The notes under the pieces were generated by a model that ran no database searches, had not been told where the DNA came from, and saw only the letters and a program-made list of their open reading frames with translations. The position numbers and the translations under genes were made by a program. From Candidatus Eiseniibacteriota bacterium (GTDB lineage Bacteria; Eisenbacteria; RBG-16-71-46; CAIMUX01; VGJL01): a DNA stretch of 64,000 nucleotides. Positions 10,162-20,421 of the stretch are shown piece after piece (within the stretch, counting starts at the first letter, position 1; each line of letters starts with the position of its first letter). The stretch spans positions 288,001 through 352,000 of the forward strand of contig CAWBWI010000001.1 in assembly GCA_963792585.1 (NCBI GenBank), written 5' to 3'.

Positions 10162-10368
10162 CGGCCAGGGGCGGCCCAGACTAACCTTCCCTGACTTGGC
10201 CTGATTCCCCCACGGTACGTCAACGGCTGTCATCCCCCCTGTTGCATGCTCGCCTCGCGTGGGCAGGGGCAGGTTGCCTCGCTGAATCAGGCTCTCCCGC
10301 CCTGCCCGCGCCCGTGGTACACTCGATGCGCCTTCGATCACGCGGATTCGATGAAGGGGAGGCTTACT

Positions 10369-10992
10369 GTGAGAACCGCGATGCTGGTGCTGGTGCTCGT
10401 GTCAGTTCTGTTCGTCCCTTCGAGCTGGGCGGACATCGTCATCCACGATGGAATATCTGAAATCGTGTCCTTCGAGGGTGGGATGTGCCTGGCCAGCAAC
10501 GGCCAAGTCTGGAGCCTCACCAACGGTGGTCCCGGTGGGTGGCAGCGCAGCGGTTGGGAAATATACGATGTCCCGATTCCGGTCGAGAGCATCAGGTTCT
10601 GGTGCCATAACTCATTTATCTCGATGACCGGCGAGGCTTGGATCTACTACGGCGGCGGGTGGGTTAACTTCGGCTCCTGGCCAGCATCCGCTGTTCCCGA
10701 CGACATGACTGCGGTTGCCGTTCCTTCTTCGAAGACGATGCCGAATCCTTCGCCCGGACCATGCCAGATAGCCTTCCGAGTCCAGGCTGAGGGGCCCATC
10801 GCGGTCGACATCTTCGACACCACCGGCCGCATCGTCCGTCGCCTGCTCGACGGCTCGCACCCGGCGGGGGACTACTCCCTGAAGTGGGACGGCCGGGATG
10901 ACAACGGGCGGGAGCTGCCGACGGGCGTGTACTTCGCGCGGGTCGCGACGGGGCGAGGAAGCGCGGTGGGGAGGGCAGTGATTGCGAGGTGA
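10369..10992 (+). CDS. Secreted protein with C-terminal FlgD-Ig / T9SS-like domain
   Basis: GGAGG + GTG start, signal peptide, PNPS...WDGRDDNGRELPTGVYFAR. Confidence 0.85.
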   Translation: MRTAMLVLVLVSVLFVPSSWADIVIHDGISEIVSFEGGMCLASNGQVWSLTNGGPGGWQRSGWEIYDVPIPVESIRFWCHNSFISMTGEAWIYYGGGWVNFGSWPASAVPDDMTAVAVPSSKTMPNPSPGPCQIAFRVQAEGPIAVDIFDTTGRIVRRLLDGSHPAGDYSLKWDGRDDNGRELPTGVYFARVATGRGSAVGRAVIAR

Positions 10993-11548
10993 GTGCCCAG
11001 CGAAAGGCACGACTTTCTAATCAGCTGCGAGGTGCCGACCTTACATTGTTCGATGAGGGGAGGCTGGAAACCGAGTCTGGCCCTGGCCCTGGGACCGAGA
11101 CTTCGCCCGAAAAGGACGACAACTACCCGGGGACCTGGAACTGCGGCGCCTGGTTCCTACTCTACAGTCCGATCGCCTCAATTCCGAGCGAGGTCCTTCA
11201 CTCAACGGGCATTGTCAGCGTAGAGACATCAATCCGGACGGGGTTAAGGCAGCGACAGGGTCACTCCCATGATAAGCCTGACCACCCCTCTGATGTAGTT
11301 CGAACTTGCGGGCGCTTCCCAGGGCGAGTAGCATCGTTCTCGCACACCTCAGCAAGGGGGTGGCCAGGGAGCGCCCGAGCCCTTCTCTGTACTGCTCTGC
11401 GCTCTTGCGACAAGTTCCACTTTCACTTCAAGCAGAGACTGAGATGCCGAGCCGCCATCTTCCACATCGGTGTTCGCCACGGCCACAACGCTGGCGTCAG
11501 GAAATCATATGCTCAGGGAGTCATCTCCCCATGAGCGCGTCATAGACA

Positions 11549-14053
11549 ATGATACCCCCAACCTCCTCATCAAAGAGGCTTTGGCCTCCGTGGAGAAGAG
11601 TCATGATCGAACCGCGCAATGGTTACTCAGAGCCCATCCGCGAGCACTCGCTATCCCTATCCACTGTGCCAGGCAATGGCGTCACCTTAACGGCGAGGAG
11701 CCGACTCGGGCAACTAACTCTTATGCTCCTCGCAGGCGTATCCATGGTGTCTGGAACACTCATCCAGCAAGCAACTGCCGGCCCCAACGCAGGAGGCGTC
11801 CTTCTCATTCACACCAACAGCGACCCGGCTCCCCCCCACGGCGGTTACTACGATGGGGGACTGGCCGCCTGCTCTGCAGCTCTGACCCAGGCACCAGGTT
11901 CGAGTGAAGAATATACCCTGTGCTTTGTATACGCGGCATTTCCTTCCCACGCCGCACCAGGCCTCAGGGCCGTCTCTTTCAGCTTCTCCTATGATCCATT
12001 GAGCGTTGAAATATGGACCTACTTCCCTCCCGGTTCGATAGTGTTTACAGACGTAGGCTTTCCAGCTCCAGGCACTTCGGTCATCGTTTATCTCCCCGAG
12101 ACTATGTCTGATACTTTGACGGAAGTATGCTGCCTCGAGGCTTGGGGCTTAGCTGGGTCCTCAATATGCGTAACGCCATCTCAGTATCCAGACTGGCTAG
12201 GTTCGTTCGGCAACGAGGACTGTGAACTCCTTGATCCCATTACGGCCTACGGATCACTGGGCTTTGGCTTGAATGGCACCTTCACTTGCCCAACTGATGC
12301 TGCCACGGCCTGCTGTCTCTGCGATCCCTCCCACTCCTGGTGTGAGATCATCCCGCGTACGGACTGCGACATCCGTGGCGGGGAGTATGCGGGAGAGGTC
12401 GGTTGTGTTCCACATCCGTGTCCCCTAATCGCCGACTTTCGAATTGTCTCAACGAGTGACCCCGTTGTCTTCCGTTTCGAGGACACATCGACTGGTACGG
12501 TCACAACCCGATCTTGGGATTTCGGTGATGGTGACATTGGATCGGGAGCCATCGTGGAACACACCTACAGAGAGTGGTGCAGCGGCAACTACACTGTCCA
12601 GCTGACTGTTGACACGGAAAACGGCTGCTCAGATACGGCATCTAGAACGTTGGCCGTAACAGGTCCTGCGACGTGCGATAGGCCGAAAGTTGTTCTTGCA
12701 CTTGGTAAGGACCACGCCGGTGAGGACAACCTTGATCAAGGTACGTTGGAAATGGCGAGGACCCTACTCGAGGCTGACGGCTGGGCGGTGGTGCCGTGCT
12801 ATTCGCGCAGAAAGGCTGATCTTCTGCAAGACCTCAGTGATCCGTGTGTCCGCGGTGTTTACATAACAGCTCATGGCTGCAACAACGGAATACTCTACGA
12901 CGTGCCATGTAATCCGGCCACGAAGGTTGAGTTCGCAGATGCGCTTGGAAACCAGGCATGGGTGACGCCGGAGGAAGTTGGAGAAGCGACCCAATACCGA
13001 CGACTGGAGTTCATCACTGTGAATGCATGTGATCAAGAGGCTGCGGACTGGACTTCTTCCGCTAATGTGGCTCTAGGGCATGTGAGCGTGCCGATCTATC
13101 TGAAAGGGCGAGGGTCGGTTGTATGGCAAGACAAGTCCGATTTGGCTAGTCCTGCGCATCGCGGGACGAACCATGGACCGTGCACAGGGTTAGGGGATCC
13201 GAGAAAAGCCTTTGGAGAGAGTGACCTGGTGAGACTTAGCGGTTTGACTGGCTGTCCGTCATTCAAAGTATGTGATGATGGAGGGTGCGGTAGCCAACGC
13301 TATCCGAGTTCCTCCTGCGCTATTACCGTGGGAGTGCCGGACGATGGGACGCTTGCGCTAGTTGACCCGGCGGAGATGTTCTCGCTTGGATTCTACTTCC
13401 CCGGCTTCTACGGTGACTCCGTCGCTTGTTGGGCTGGGGACTATGTGAGGGTGCCGGGGTCGCTGATGTATGGTGCTGGGCGACCATTGGGGCGACACTT
13501 GGTCTATTCCTGCGTACCGTGGGAGGTAGGAGTGCGCCCCGATAGTGTCAGTATAGTGATGAGGTATAGACAGGCAGAAGTTGACTCGCTCGGTCTGGTG
13601 GAGAGGCTGTTATATCCATGTTACATGGATGCAGATTCGGGCGAGTACAATCCTCTTGCGTGTGTGCGAGACACCCTGTCGGACGAGGTGCGTTGTACTG
13701 CGCCTGGATGGGGGATCGTTGGGCTGTACGAGCTGGCGGGGGGAGCGGAGGTGGTTGAGCATTCGGTAGGAGGCGGGCAAGCACTTGACATGCGGGTGGT
13801 GCCTAATCCATCTGCCGCGGATGTTCAGTTGTCGCTCCGTGTGTCCCATGCGTGCTACGCGAGACTATTGATCGTGGACTGCGGCGGGCGGGTGGTCAGA
13901 CGGCTCGCTGACTATCAGCTTGTCCCCGGGACGACACGCGTAACCTGGGATGGGAGAGACGACAAGGGGGATCTGGTAGCGAGCGGGGTGTACTTGTGCC
14001 GTGTGGAATCCCAAGGACTGCGCCGGACCTGCCCAATGGTTCGGGTTAGGTGA
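11549..14053 (+). CDS. Large Cys-rich secreted protein: PKD domain, possible clan CD peptidase domain, C-terminal FlgD-Ig
   Basis: FEDTSTG...WDFGDG...HTY...YTVQLTV (PKD); ITAHG...TVNAC; PNPS...WDGRDDKG...SGVY. True start may be further downstream. Confidence 0.8.
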   Translation: MIPPTSSSKRLWPPWRRVMIEPRNGYSEPIREHSLSLSTVPGNGVTLTARSRLGQLTLMLLAGVSMVSGTLIQQATAGPNAGGVLLIHTNSDPAPPHGGYYDGGLAACSAALTQAPGSSEEYTLCFVYAAFPSHAAPGLRAVSFSFSYDPLSVEIWTYFPPGSIVFTDVGFPAPGTSVIVYLPETMSDTLTEVCCLEAWGLAGSSICVTPSQYPDWLGSFGNEDCELLDPITAYGSLGFGLNGTFTCPTDAATACCLCDPSHSWCEIIPRTDCDIRGGEYAGEVGCVPHPCPLIADFRIVSTSDPVVFRFEDTSTGTVTTRSWDFGDGDIGSGAIVEHTYREWCSGNYTVQLTVDTENGCSDTASRTLAVTGPATCDRPKVVLALGKDHAGEDNLDQGTLEMARTLLEADGWAVVPCYSRRKADLLQDLSDPCVRGVYITAHGCNNGILYDVPCNPATKVEFADALGNQAWVTPEEVGEATQYRRLEFITVNACDQEAADWTSSANVALGHVSVPIYLKGRGSVVWQDKSDLASPAHRGTNHGPCTGLGDPRKAFGESDLVRLSGLTGCPSFKVCDDGGCGSQRYPSSSCAITVGVPDDGTLALVDPAEMFSLGFYFPGFYGDSVACWAGDYVRVPGSLMYGAGRPLGRHLVYSCVPWEVGVRPDSVSIVMRYRQAEVDSLGLVERLLYPCYMDADSGEYNPLACVRDTLSDEVRCTAPGWGIVGLYELAGGAEVVEHSVGGGQALDMRVVPNPSAADVQLSLRVSHACYARLLIVDCGGRVVRRLADYQLVPGTTRVTWDGRDDKGDLVASGVYLCRVESQGLRRTCPMVRVR

Positions 14054-14673
14054 GTGACTGAGTGTGAGCCGAGACTCCGGAGGTCCAGAGGATCCGAGGG
14101 AACGAGATGCAGGGGCCAAGGGACCGACTGCGATAGGGCTCTGGGGGAACCTCAGGGGTGACAGTCCAGCTTGGTGATGGAAGAGCAAGTGGGCCGAGCC
14201 AGAGTACGGTCAATCCCGAGAGCAGTTCGGTGCGACCAGGCAAGGCTGGTCAGGAGAGAGGGAGTTAACGGAACTTCCGAAATCCTGTTTGTCGTCCACA
14301 AAGTGCAAGTCCCGCCGTGCCAATGGAATGCCGGACCTGTCTTGAAGACCAGAACGTAGCGATTTGGGAGAGAGTCGTTAGTAAACTGTCCTTAGCGGGG
14401 AGCCACTGATCCAAGCCACGAGCTTATCGTGGCGAGAGCGGTGAACGGAGCCTCGGTGGTGCATGCTGCCGGGGCTCGTTGTTTGTCCCAACAACCGCGC
14501 ATAGTTACGACGACGTTGCTGCGAAGCCGATTCTCTGTTTCGAAACTGTATCGACCGCAACCGGAGAGAACCTCCCGTTTCGGTGACCCAGCAGGCCGAA
14601 ACTCTCTCCTTCGCGATTCTCTATCCGCCAGTGGTGAACGACGCGGTTCGCTCCGGGGTACCAGAGCGCACGC

Positions 14674-14854
14674 TTCACGAAACTGCGTTCTCATGGTGAA
14701 CGCCCATGCGATCGCGACATGCCGGGCGTGAGTGCAGGAGCGCGGGGATTGCAGGGGACGGGGTCGCGGACTACCCCAAGGCGAGCGAAGGTGGGGATGC
14801 CGGACACAGACGAGGGTCGCGGCTGGTGATGACCCACCAGCTTTTGCCCGACCG
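14674..14854. repeat. Dispersed repeat family A, copy 1
   Basis: Shares GGTGAACGC, TGCCGRGCGTGRGTGCMGGAGCGCGGGG, GGGGACGG, ACCCCAAGG and CCCGACCG with 17545-17704 and 24360-24540. Confidence 0.85.
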
Positions 14855-15049
14855 GACTCGCAGGCCGCGGGAGGCACCCCACTGCTTACGCGGCAAGGGG
14901 GAGCACGATATCGCTGACGACCGTCCGGTGGAAGATTAGCCGAGCCGATAGAAGTGTTCCAATGAGGCTGTCGAGCGTATCATGAGAACGGCGCGAATCT
15001 GTGCGGACGAAGGGGTTTTCGCGGAATGTACCTCCCTGGGAGGACTCAG

Positions 15050-16348
15050 ATGAAACGCTTACCGACCCTGCCCTGCATGTGTCTCACGCTCGTGATCACG
15101 GTTCCCGCTGCCGGAGCCACCTGGCACGTTCCGGGGGATGCTCCCACCATCCAGGCAGGGATCAACGCGGCTTCAGCAGGAGATGATGTGCTGGTCGCGC
15201 CGGGGGAGTATCTCGAGCACGATATCGTCATGAAGGCCGGGATCTGGGTTCACAGCGAGCAAGGGGCAGAAGCCACGACCGTCGATGCAGCGTCAGCCGG
15301 TCGGGGATTCGATTCGGCTGGCCTCCAACAGGATGCGATCATCGAGGGATTCAGGATCGTTCATGGATTGGTCGAGTCGGGTGAGTACGAGGATCGAGAG
15401 GGAGGAGGACTCCGGTGCCGCGACTCCCGGATGACAATCCGTGACTGCCTCATCGAGGACTGCAGCGCGAGCGCAAGCGGAGGCGGCATCCTTGTCCAGA
15501 ACTCAACGATTTTGATTGAGGGATGCACGGTTCGGAACTGCACGGCCTATCAAGGAGGGGGGATCTGGGCTCCAAGCGGATGCAGGCTCACCATGACCGA
15601 CACCGTCGTCACTGACAACGACAGGTTGGCGATGTGGGCGGATGGGCCGGAGGTGACCATCCTACGCTGCGTCTTCGCCAGGAACATCGCAGGATTCGGT
15701 AATCCTGCGGGACTCCTCGTCCATACGCCCGCGCTGACCATCGAGGACTGTCTGTTCGTCGACAACCGGAACGATTGGTGGGGCGGCATCACCAGTCTCA
15801 CTGTCGTGCTCAGCTCCGGTACGATCTCGGGCTGTACGGTGGCAAGAAACGCCCTTACGAGTGAGAACGCTGCGGTTTCCATCATCGATTCGAACATCGG
15901 CCTCAACAGGATCATCATCGCCTTCCACGAGGGTTCGGCTTTGGAGTGTTCTGGAACAGTCACGGTCCGCTGCTGTGACTTCTACGGGAATACCACCGGA
16001 AACGCAGTCTGTGGCAATGACCTTGGCGGCAACATCTCAGCCGACCCGCTCTTCTGCGATGCCGCGAACGATGGCTACACCCTGGACGCGCGGTCGCCTT
16101 GCCTCCCTGGCAACCACCCGGATGGCGTCGACTGCGGACTGATCGGTGCACTTGGGCAGGGCTGTAGCACACCACTGACCGGTGCCTGCTGTTTCGTCGA
16201 TGGATCGTGCCTCGTGCTTGGGCAGTCGGTATGTGGCGACCAGGGCGGAACCTACCAGGGCGACGGGACAACGTGTGATCCGAATCCCTGCGAGCCGACG
16301 CCGGTTCAGCCCACCACATGGGGGCGGATCAAAGCTAGCTACCGGTGA
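15050..16348 (+). CDS. Secreted right-handed beta-helix protein with Cys-rich module and TWG tag
   Basis: GGAGG RBS, signal peptide, TWHVPGDAPTIQAGI, GGG...C...N repeats, GACC module, ends PTPVQPTTWGRIKASYR. Confidence 0.85.
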   Translation: MKRLPTLPCMCLTLVITVPAAGATWHVPGDAPTIQAGINAASAGDDVLVAPGEYLEHDIVMKAGIWVHSEQGAEATTVDAASAGRGFDSAGLQQDAIIEGFRIVHGLVESGEYEDREGGGLRCRDSRMTIRDCLIEDCSASASGGGILVQNSTILIEGCTVRNCTAYQGGGIWAPSGCRLTMTDTVVTDNDRLAMWADGPEVTILRCVFARNIAGFGNPAGLLVHTPALTIEDCLFVDNRNDWWGGITSLTVVLSSGTISGCTVARNALTSENAAVSIIDSNIGLNRIIIAFHEGSALECSGTVTVRCCDFYGNTTGNAVCGNDLGGNISADPLFCDAANDGYTLDARSPCLPGNHPDGVDCGLIGALGQGCSTPLTGACCFVDGSCLVLGQSVCGDQGGTYQGDGTTCDPNPCEPTPVQPTTWGRIKASYR

Positions 16349-16432
16349 GGTGGTAACAGCGTGGACGTAGGGGTGGCCTGTGGCGCAGAGACTCTGCAAG
16401 CCGCCCTTCGCGCGCCAGGCCCGTCTGCTGCT

Positions 16433-16461
16433 TGGACATGAGCGCTCACGGAGCGTAAAAT
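16433..16461 (+). promoter_or_regulatory. Sigma70-type promoter
   Basis: TGGACA-17-TAAAAT; equivalent site upstream of the paralog at 23290. Confidence 0.6.
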
Positions 16462-16637
16462 CGTCTTGCGCGTCCAAGTTGATTCGGTAATGGGTCGAAT
16501 CCGTGCTCAGACGAAGGAGATGATGAGATGCGGCCGCAACCGCGCGTTTCCCGTTGGCTCTACCTCGCTTGGCGACCATTGCCCTCCGACACACTGCCAG
16601 TCCAGGATCTTACCAACCATGCAGATGGGGGTGTTTC

Positions 16638-17468
16638 ATGAAGCCGATCATCGGTCTGTTCCTGACTTTCTGCCTGCTGTCGATCGGATCGGTGGCGACC
16701 GCAGACATCTTCTTCGAGGAGCAGTTCAACGGAACGGCGCTGGACCCTTCAGTCTGGCGCACAGAGATCCTGACCGGAGGCGCACGGTGGTGTGACTCCA
16801 ATCCCGGCCAGGGGGAGGGTCCTGGGACCTGGGTAGCGGAAGGCGAGGAGTGCTACGGGGTCGCCGCGGGCTCACCGTACGGTAATGCGACCCTTTCCGA
16901 CGGATTGCTACATCTGTCTTCCACCAATGGACAGGCGTTTCCCTATTTGGCTTCGAGGCTTCCCGGCCCGGTTGAGGTATTCCCCTCGTCAGGCGACTGG
17001 ACACTGCGAGTAAGGATGCGTTTCGACCACATTACGTTGTGGGGCACCGGTCTCGTGGTACTTCAAACGCAGAGCACGGAATCGATTGGGGACGATCCCC
17101 CAAACGACCCTTACGAGAGCATCCTCCTCTCAATCCTGAGCGATCACGGCTCAGGCTTCGAGCTCTATTCGGCCCTCGATGGCTCTTACGTTCCCGTCGC
17201 ATTCATTCCATCGGCGGCCGAGTTGCACGAGTTCGAGCTGGAGTGCGTCGGGACTTCCTTCACAATTCTGGTTGACGGACAGGCCGTCTACGGCCCTGTC
17301 ACCAGTGCCCTGAGGCCGACCGCCGTCCTGATGGGCAGCCCGGTTCTGGCCTACTGGTACCCCACGGACTGGTGCTGGTTCAGCGTCGACTACTTCCAGG
17401 TGGAGGTGCCGGGGCCGGTCCCGGTCGTGAGTGCGACATGGGGTACTATCAAGGCAATGCACCGATAG
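16638..17468 (+). CDS. Secreted protein (possibly ConA/LamG-like) with TWG tag; paralog of 23290-24246
   Basis: Signal peptide; FFEEQFNGTALDPSVWRTE; ends PVPVVSATWGTIKAMHR. Confidence 0.8.
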   Translation: MKPIIGLFLTFCLLSIGSVATADIFFEEQFNGTALDPSVWRTEILTGGARWCDSNPGQGEGPGTWVAEGEECYGVAAGSPYGNATLSDGLLHLSSTNGQAFPYLASRLPGPVEVFPSSGDWTLRVRMRFDHITLWGTGLVVLQTQSTESIGDDPPNDPYESILLSILSDHGSGFELYSALDGSYVPVAFIPSAAELHEFELECVGTSFTILVDGQAVYGPVTSALRPTAVLMGSPVLAYWYPTDWCWFSVDYFQVEVPGPVPVVSATWGTIKAMHR

Positions 17469-17483
17469 CCATAGTCCGCGTGA

Positions 17484-17538
17484 GCGTGCCACGAAGCCGA
17501 TGAGCGAAGGTCAACCGACCGACTGACAGAGGTCACGC
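17484..17538. repeat. Dispersed repeat family C, copy 1
   Basis: 55-bp ungapped match to 30450-30504: GTGCCACGAAG-N11-AGGTC-N5-ACCGACTGACAGARGTCAYGC. Confidence 0.8.
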
Positions 17539-17544
17539 CCTTCC

Positions 17545-17704
17545 GGTGAACGCCGATGCGATCGGGACATGCCGAGCGTGGGTGCCGGAGCGCGGGGGTC
17601 TCGGGGGACGGAGCCAGAAACTACCCCAAGGTCGGCGAGGATGGAGACGCCGGGCACGGCCAAGGAGCCTGGCTGCTGATAAACAGCCAGCCCCAGCCCG
17701 ACCG
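17545..17704. repeat. Dispersed repeat family A, copy 2
   Basis: Colinear with 14695-14854 (offset 2850). Confidence 0.85.
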
Positions 17705-17796
17705 AAAAGCGCCCTCAGAGACCGGCGCAACCGCAGTCGCATCGACAGCCATCGCCTCGTCAGCGACGCTCGTTCTGCTCGTTCCTGCTCCCGCCC

Positions 17797-17825
17797 TTGT
17801 CCTTACGAGGCCTGCCTGCTACCCT
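17797..17825 (+). promoter_or_regulatory. Sigma70-type promoter
   Basis: TTGTCC-17-TACCCT with TGn extension, upstream of GGAGG RBS. Confidence 0.5.
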
Positions 17826-17870
17826 TGATTCCGGCTAATCCCCTGCGATCTCGTCCCGAGGGAGGCTTAT

Positions 17871-19010
17871 GTGAAGACGGCCGCAGTGTTCCTCGCGCAT
17901 TTTCTGATTCCTGCTTATGCCATTCTTGCCGTGCCTGCAGAAGCGACGACCTACCTCGTCCGCCCAGATGGCTCCGGCGATTTCCCCACGATTCAGGCAG
18001 CGTTGGATGCCGCTGTCGGCGGCGACGAAATCCTGCTCGCCAGCGGAACGTTCCAGGGGGCCGGAAACGGGAACCTGACATTCCAGGGCAAGTCACTCGT
18101 CGTGCGATCAGAAAGTGGTGACCCCGAGAGCTGCGTGATCGATTGTGGGTATCGCACCAGGGGATTCCAATTCGTCTCGGGGGAGACCAGAGAAGCCCGC
18201 GTCGAATCGGTCAGGGTCACGCATGGGCAGCCCAACCGAGGCGGCGCGATCTACTGCGTGGGCAGCAGCCCCAGTCTGGTTGATTGCGTCTTCGACGAGT
18301 CCCATGCTGATCTCGGGGGCGGTGTCTATGTTGACCACGGCTCGCCATTGATCCGCGGGTGCAGGTTCTACTGGTGCGGGCATGTCTATGGTGCTGAGAC
18401 GGCCGGCGGTGCGATCTACTCATGGGCCAGCCAAGTCGACATCGAGGACTGCTACTTCGACCAGAACGGGGCTCCGGAAGGTGGAGGCATCTGGGCATGG
18501 GGGTCGCTCCTTCACGTGATCGACTCCACATTCCGGGTCAATTTCGGCGACGGTCCGGCGCTGTGGTGTGAGGCGGGAACGACTGTAATTATGGCGGGCT
18601 GCACCGTGTTCTACAATCTCGGCGGTGGGGAAGACGGACAGATTCACCTTGAGGGCGGCTCCAATCTCCACGCGGAGCGTACGTTGATCGCCTTCTGTAT
18701 CGAGAGCGAGATGGCGATCTTCTGTGATGGCTCATCGACAGCGAACCTAAGCTGCTGCTGCGTCTACGGCAATCCCGGGGGTGACTGGGTCGGTTGTCTC
18801 GCAGGGCAGGAGGCAGTGAGTGACAACCTCTGGGTCGATCCGATCATTTGCAGCCTCGAGGACCTGGATCCCCACCTGCGCAGCGACTCGCCGTGCGCAG
18901 CCGAGAACAACTCGGCGTGTGGACAAATAGGCTCACTGGGGGTTGGTTGCGATGCCCCTGTGCCAGTTCGGGTGACGACTTGGGGGCGGATCAAGGCGGC
19001 GTACCGATGA
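17871..19010 (+). CDS. Secreted right-handed beta-helix protein with TWG tag
   Basis: Signal peptide, VRPDGSGDFPTIQAA, GGAIY repeats, ends PVPVRVTTWGRIKAAYR. Confidence 0.85.
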   Translation: MKTAAVFLAHFLIPAYAILAVPAEATTYLVRPDGSGDFPTIQAALDAAVGGDEILLASGTFQGAGNGNLTFQGKSLVVRSESGDPESCVIDCGYRTRGFQFVSGETREARVESVRVTHGQPNRGGAIYCVGSSPSLVDCVFDESHADLGGGVYVDHGSPLIRGCRFYWCGHVYGAETAGGAIYSWASQVDIEDCYFDQNGAPEGGGIWAWGSLLHVIDSTFRVNFGDGPALWCEAGTTVIMAGCTVFYNLGGGEDGQIHLEGGSNLHAERTLIAFCIESEMAIFCDGSSTANLSCCCVYGNPGGDWVGCLAGQEAVSDNLWVDPIICSLEDLDPHLRSDSPCAAENNSACGQIGSLGVGCDAPVPVRVTTWGRIKAAYR

Positions 19011-20376
19011 GACTCGCCCCAGTAGGACTGTCCATCGTCGGGGTCGCCGCCATACTCGCCTGCGTTCTCTCGTCGGGAGCCGTGGTCGCCCGAACCTGGC
19101 ACGTCCCAGGGGATGCTCCCAACATCCAGGCGGGGATCAACATGGCTGTCGGTGGGGACACTGTTCGGGTGGGGGAAGGCACATACTCTGGTGAGGGCAA
19201 CAGAGACATCCGTTTCGACCGCAATATCGTGCTGATGTCTGATGGCGGGCCGGAACGCACCATCATCTCCTGCGGCGGGTCCGAAAGCGACGAACATCGA
19301 GGTTTTCTCTGCCTGAACGGTTCCACTGGTGGAACCATTGACGGCTTCACAGTGATTGGCGGCCATGTCGGAGACGGGGGAGCTGCAATCAGGTTCATTT
19401 TTGGATCGGTCTTCGTCACCAATTGCGCTCTGCGGGACAACGAAGGAGGAACGCAAGGCGGCGCGATCTTCGTGTACGTGAGGACATCCCCGACGATTGA
19501 CCACTGCACGATCACGGGGAACACAGCCGATGCGGGCCCAGCAGTTCTATGTCTCGCGAACTCTGCTCCGACGATATCTGACTGCCTGATCGTGAACAAC
19601 CATGCCCGCTACGAAACGGGAGGGATTTCTTGCAGGGGAGCTTCGCCAACGATTTCTCGTTGCGTGATCGCAGGCAACGTGGGACCGCAAAGTGGCGGAA
19701 TCATGAGCAGGAACCATTCAAACTTGACTGTGAACGATTGCCTCATCACCGGAAACCGGGCCCAGTCGGGGGAGGGGCAGTAGCGATAGTGAACTCTGCA
19801 TCGGCGACATTCACCGACTGCACCATTACTGCCAACTATGTCGACAGCCGAGGTGGTGGCCTCTTCCTCTGGGAAGGTGCCGCGGTTACGCTGACTCGGA
19901 CCATCCTATGGGGCAACTGCGGGGGCGCGGGCGGGAACGAGTTGCACTTCAACGGGGCGACCTCCATGAGCGCCGCCTTCGACTGCTGCGATGTCGACTC
20001 CTCCGGCATTGACGGTCTTGGGGATGTTCACTATCTCGAGGATGACATCTTTCTTGACCCCCAGTTCTGCGGTCCAGAATCCTGTCAGAATGCGCCGACC
20101 GCCGAGGGCGACTTCACCCTAGATTCGACTTCCCCTTGTCTCCCTGAGTCTAGCCCCTGCGCCCAATTGATCGGGGCGCGGGGTCAAGGTTGCGGTGGGA
20201 TTCCGACCGGTGCGTGTTGCTTCGTCGATGGATCCTGCCTCGTCCTTGGGCGGTCAGCGTGCGGGGACCAGCACGGGACCTATCAAGGAGACGGCACGAC
20301 GTGCGATCCGAATCCCTGTGAGCCTACGCCGATCCAACCGACCACCTGGGGGCGGATCAAGGCGGGGTACCGCTGA
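19007..20376 (+). CDS. Secreted right-handed beta-helix protein with Cys-rich module and TWG tag; one frameshift near 19775
   Basis: ATGA overlap; TWHVPGDAPNIQAGI; frames join in G-run GGGGGAGGGG; ends PTPIQPTTWGRIKAGYR. Confidence 0.8.
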
Positions 20377-20421
20377 GGGCGTGAGAGCGCATCCTTGGCA
20401 GATCGAATGGAGGGATAGGCC

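Noticed and set aside
19765..19782. Phase-variable G tract
   Set aside because: Runs are short and similar indels affect housekeeping genes; sequencing error is more likely.
16181..20376. Diversity-generating retroelement TR/VR pair in the similar 3' ends
   Set aside because: No reverse transcriptase; differences are mostly synonymous and not adenine-specific.
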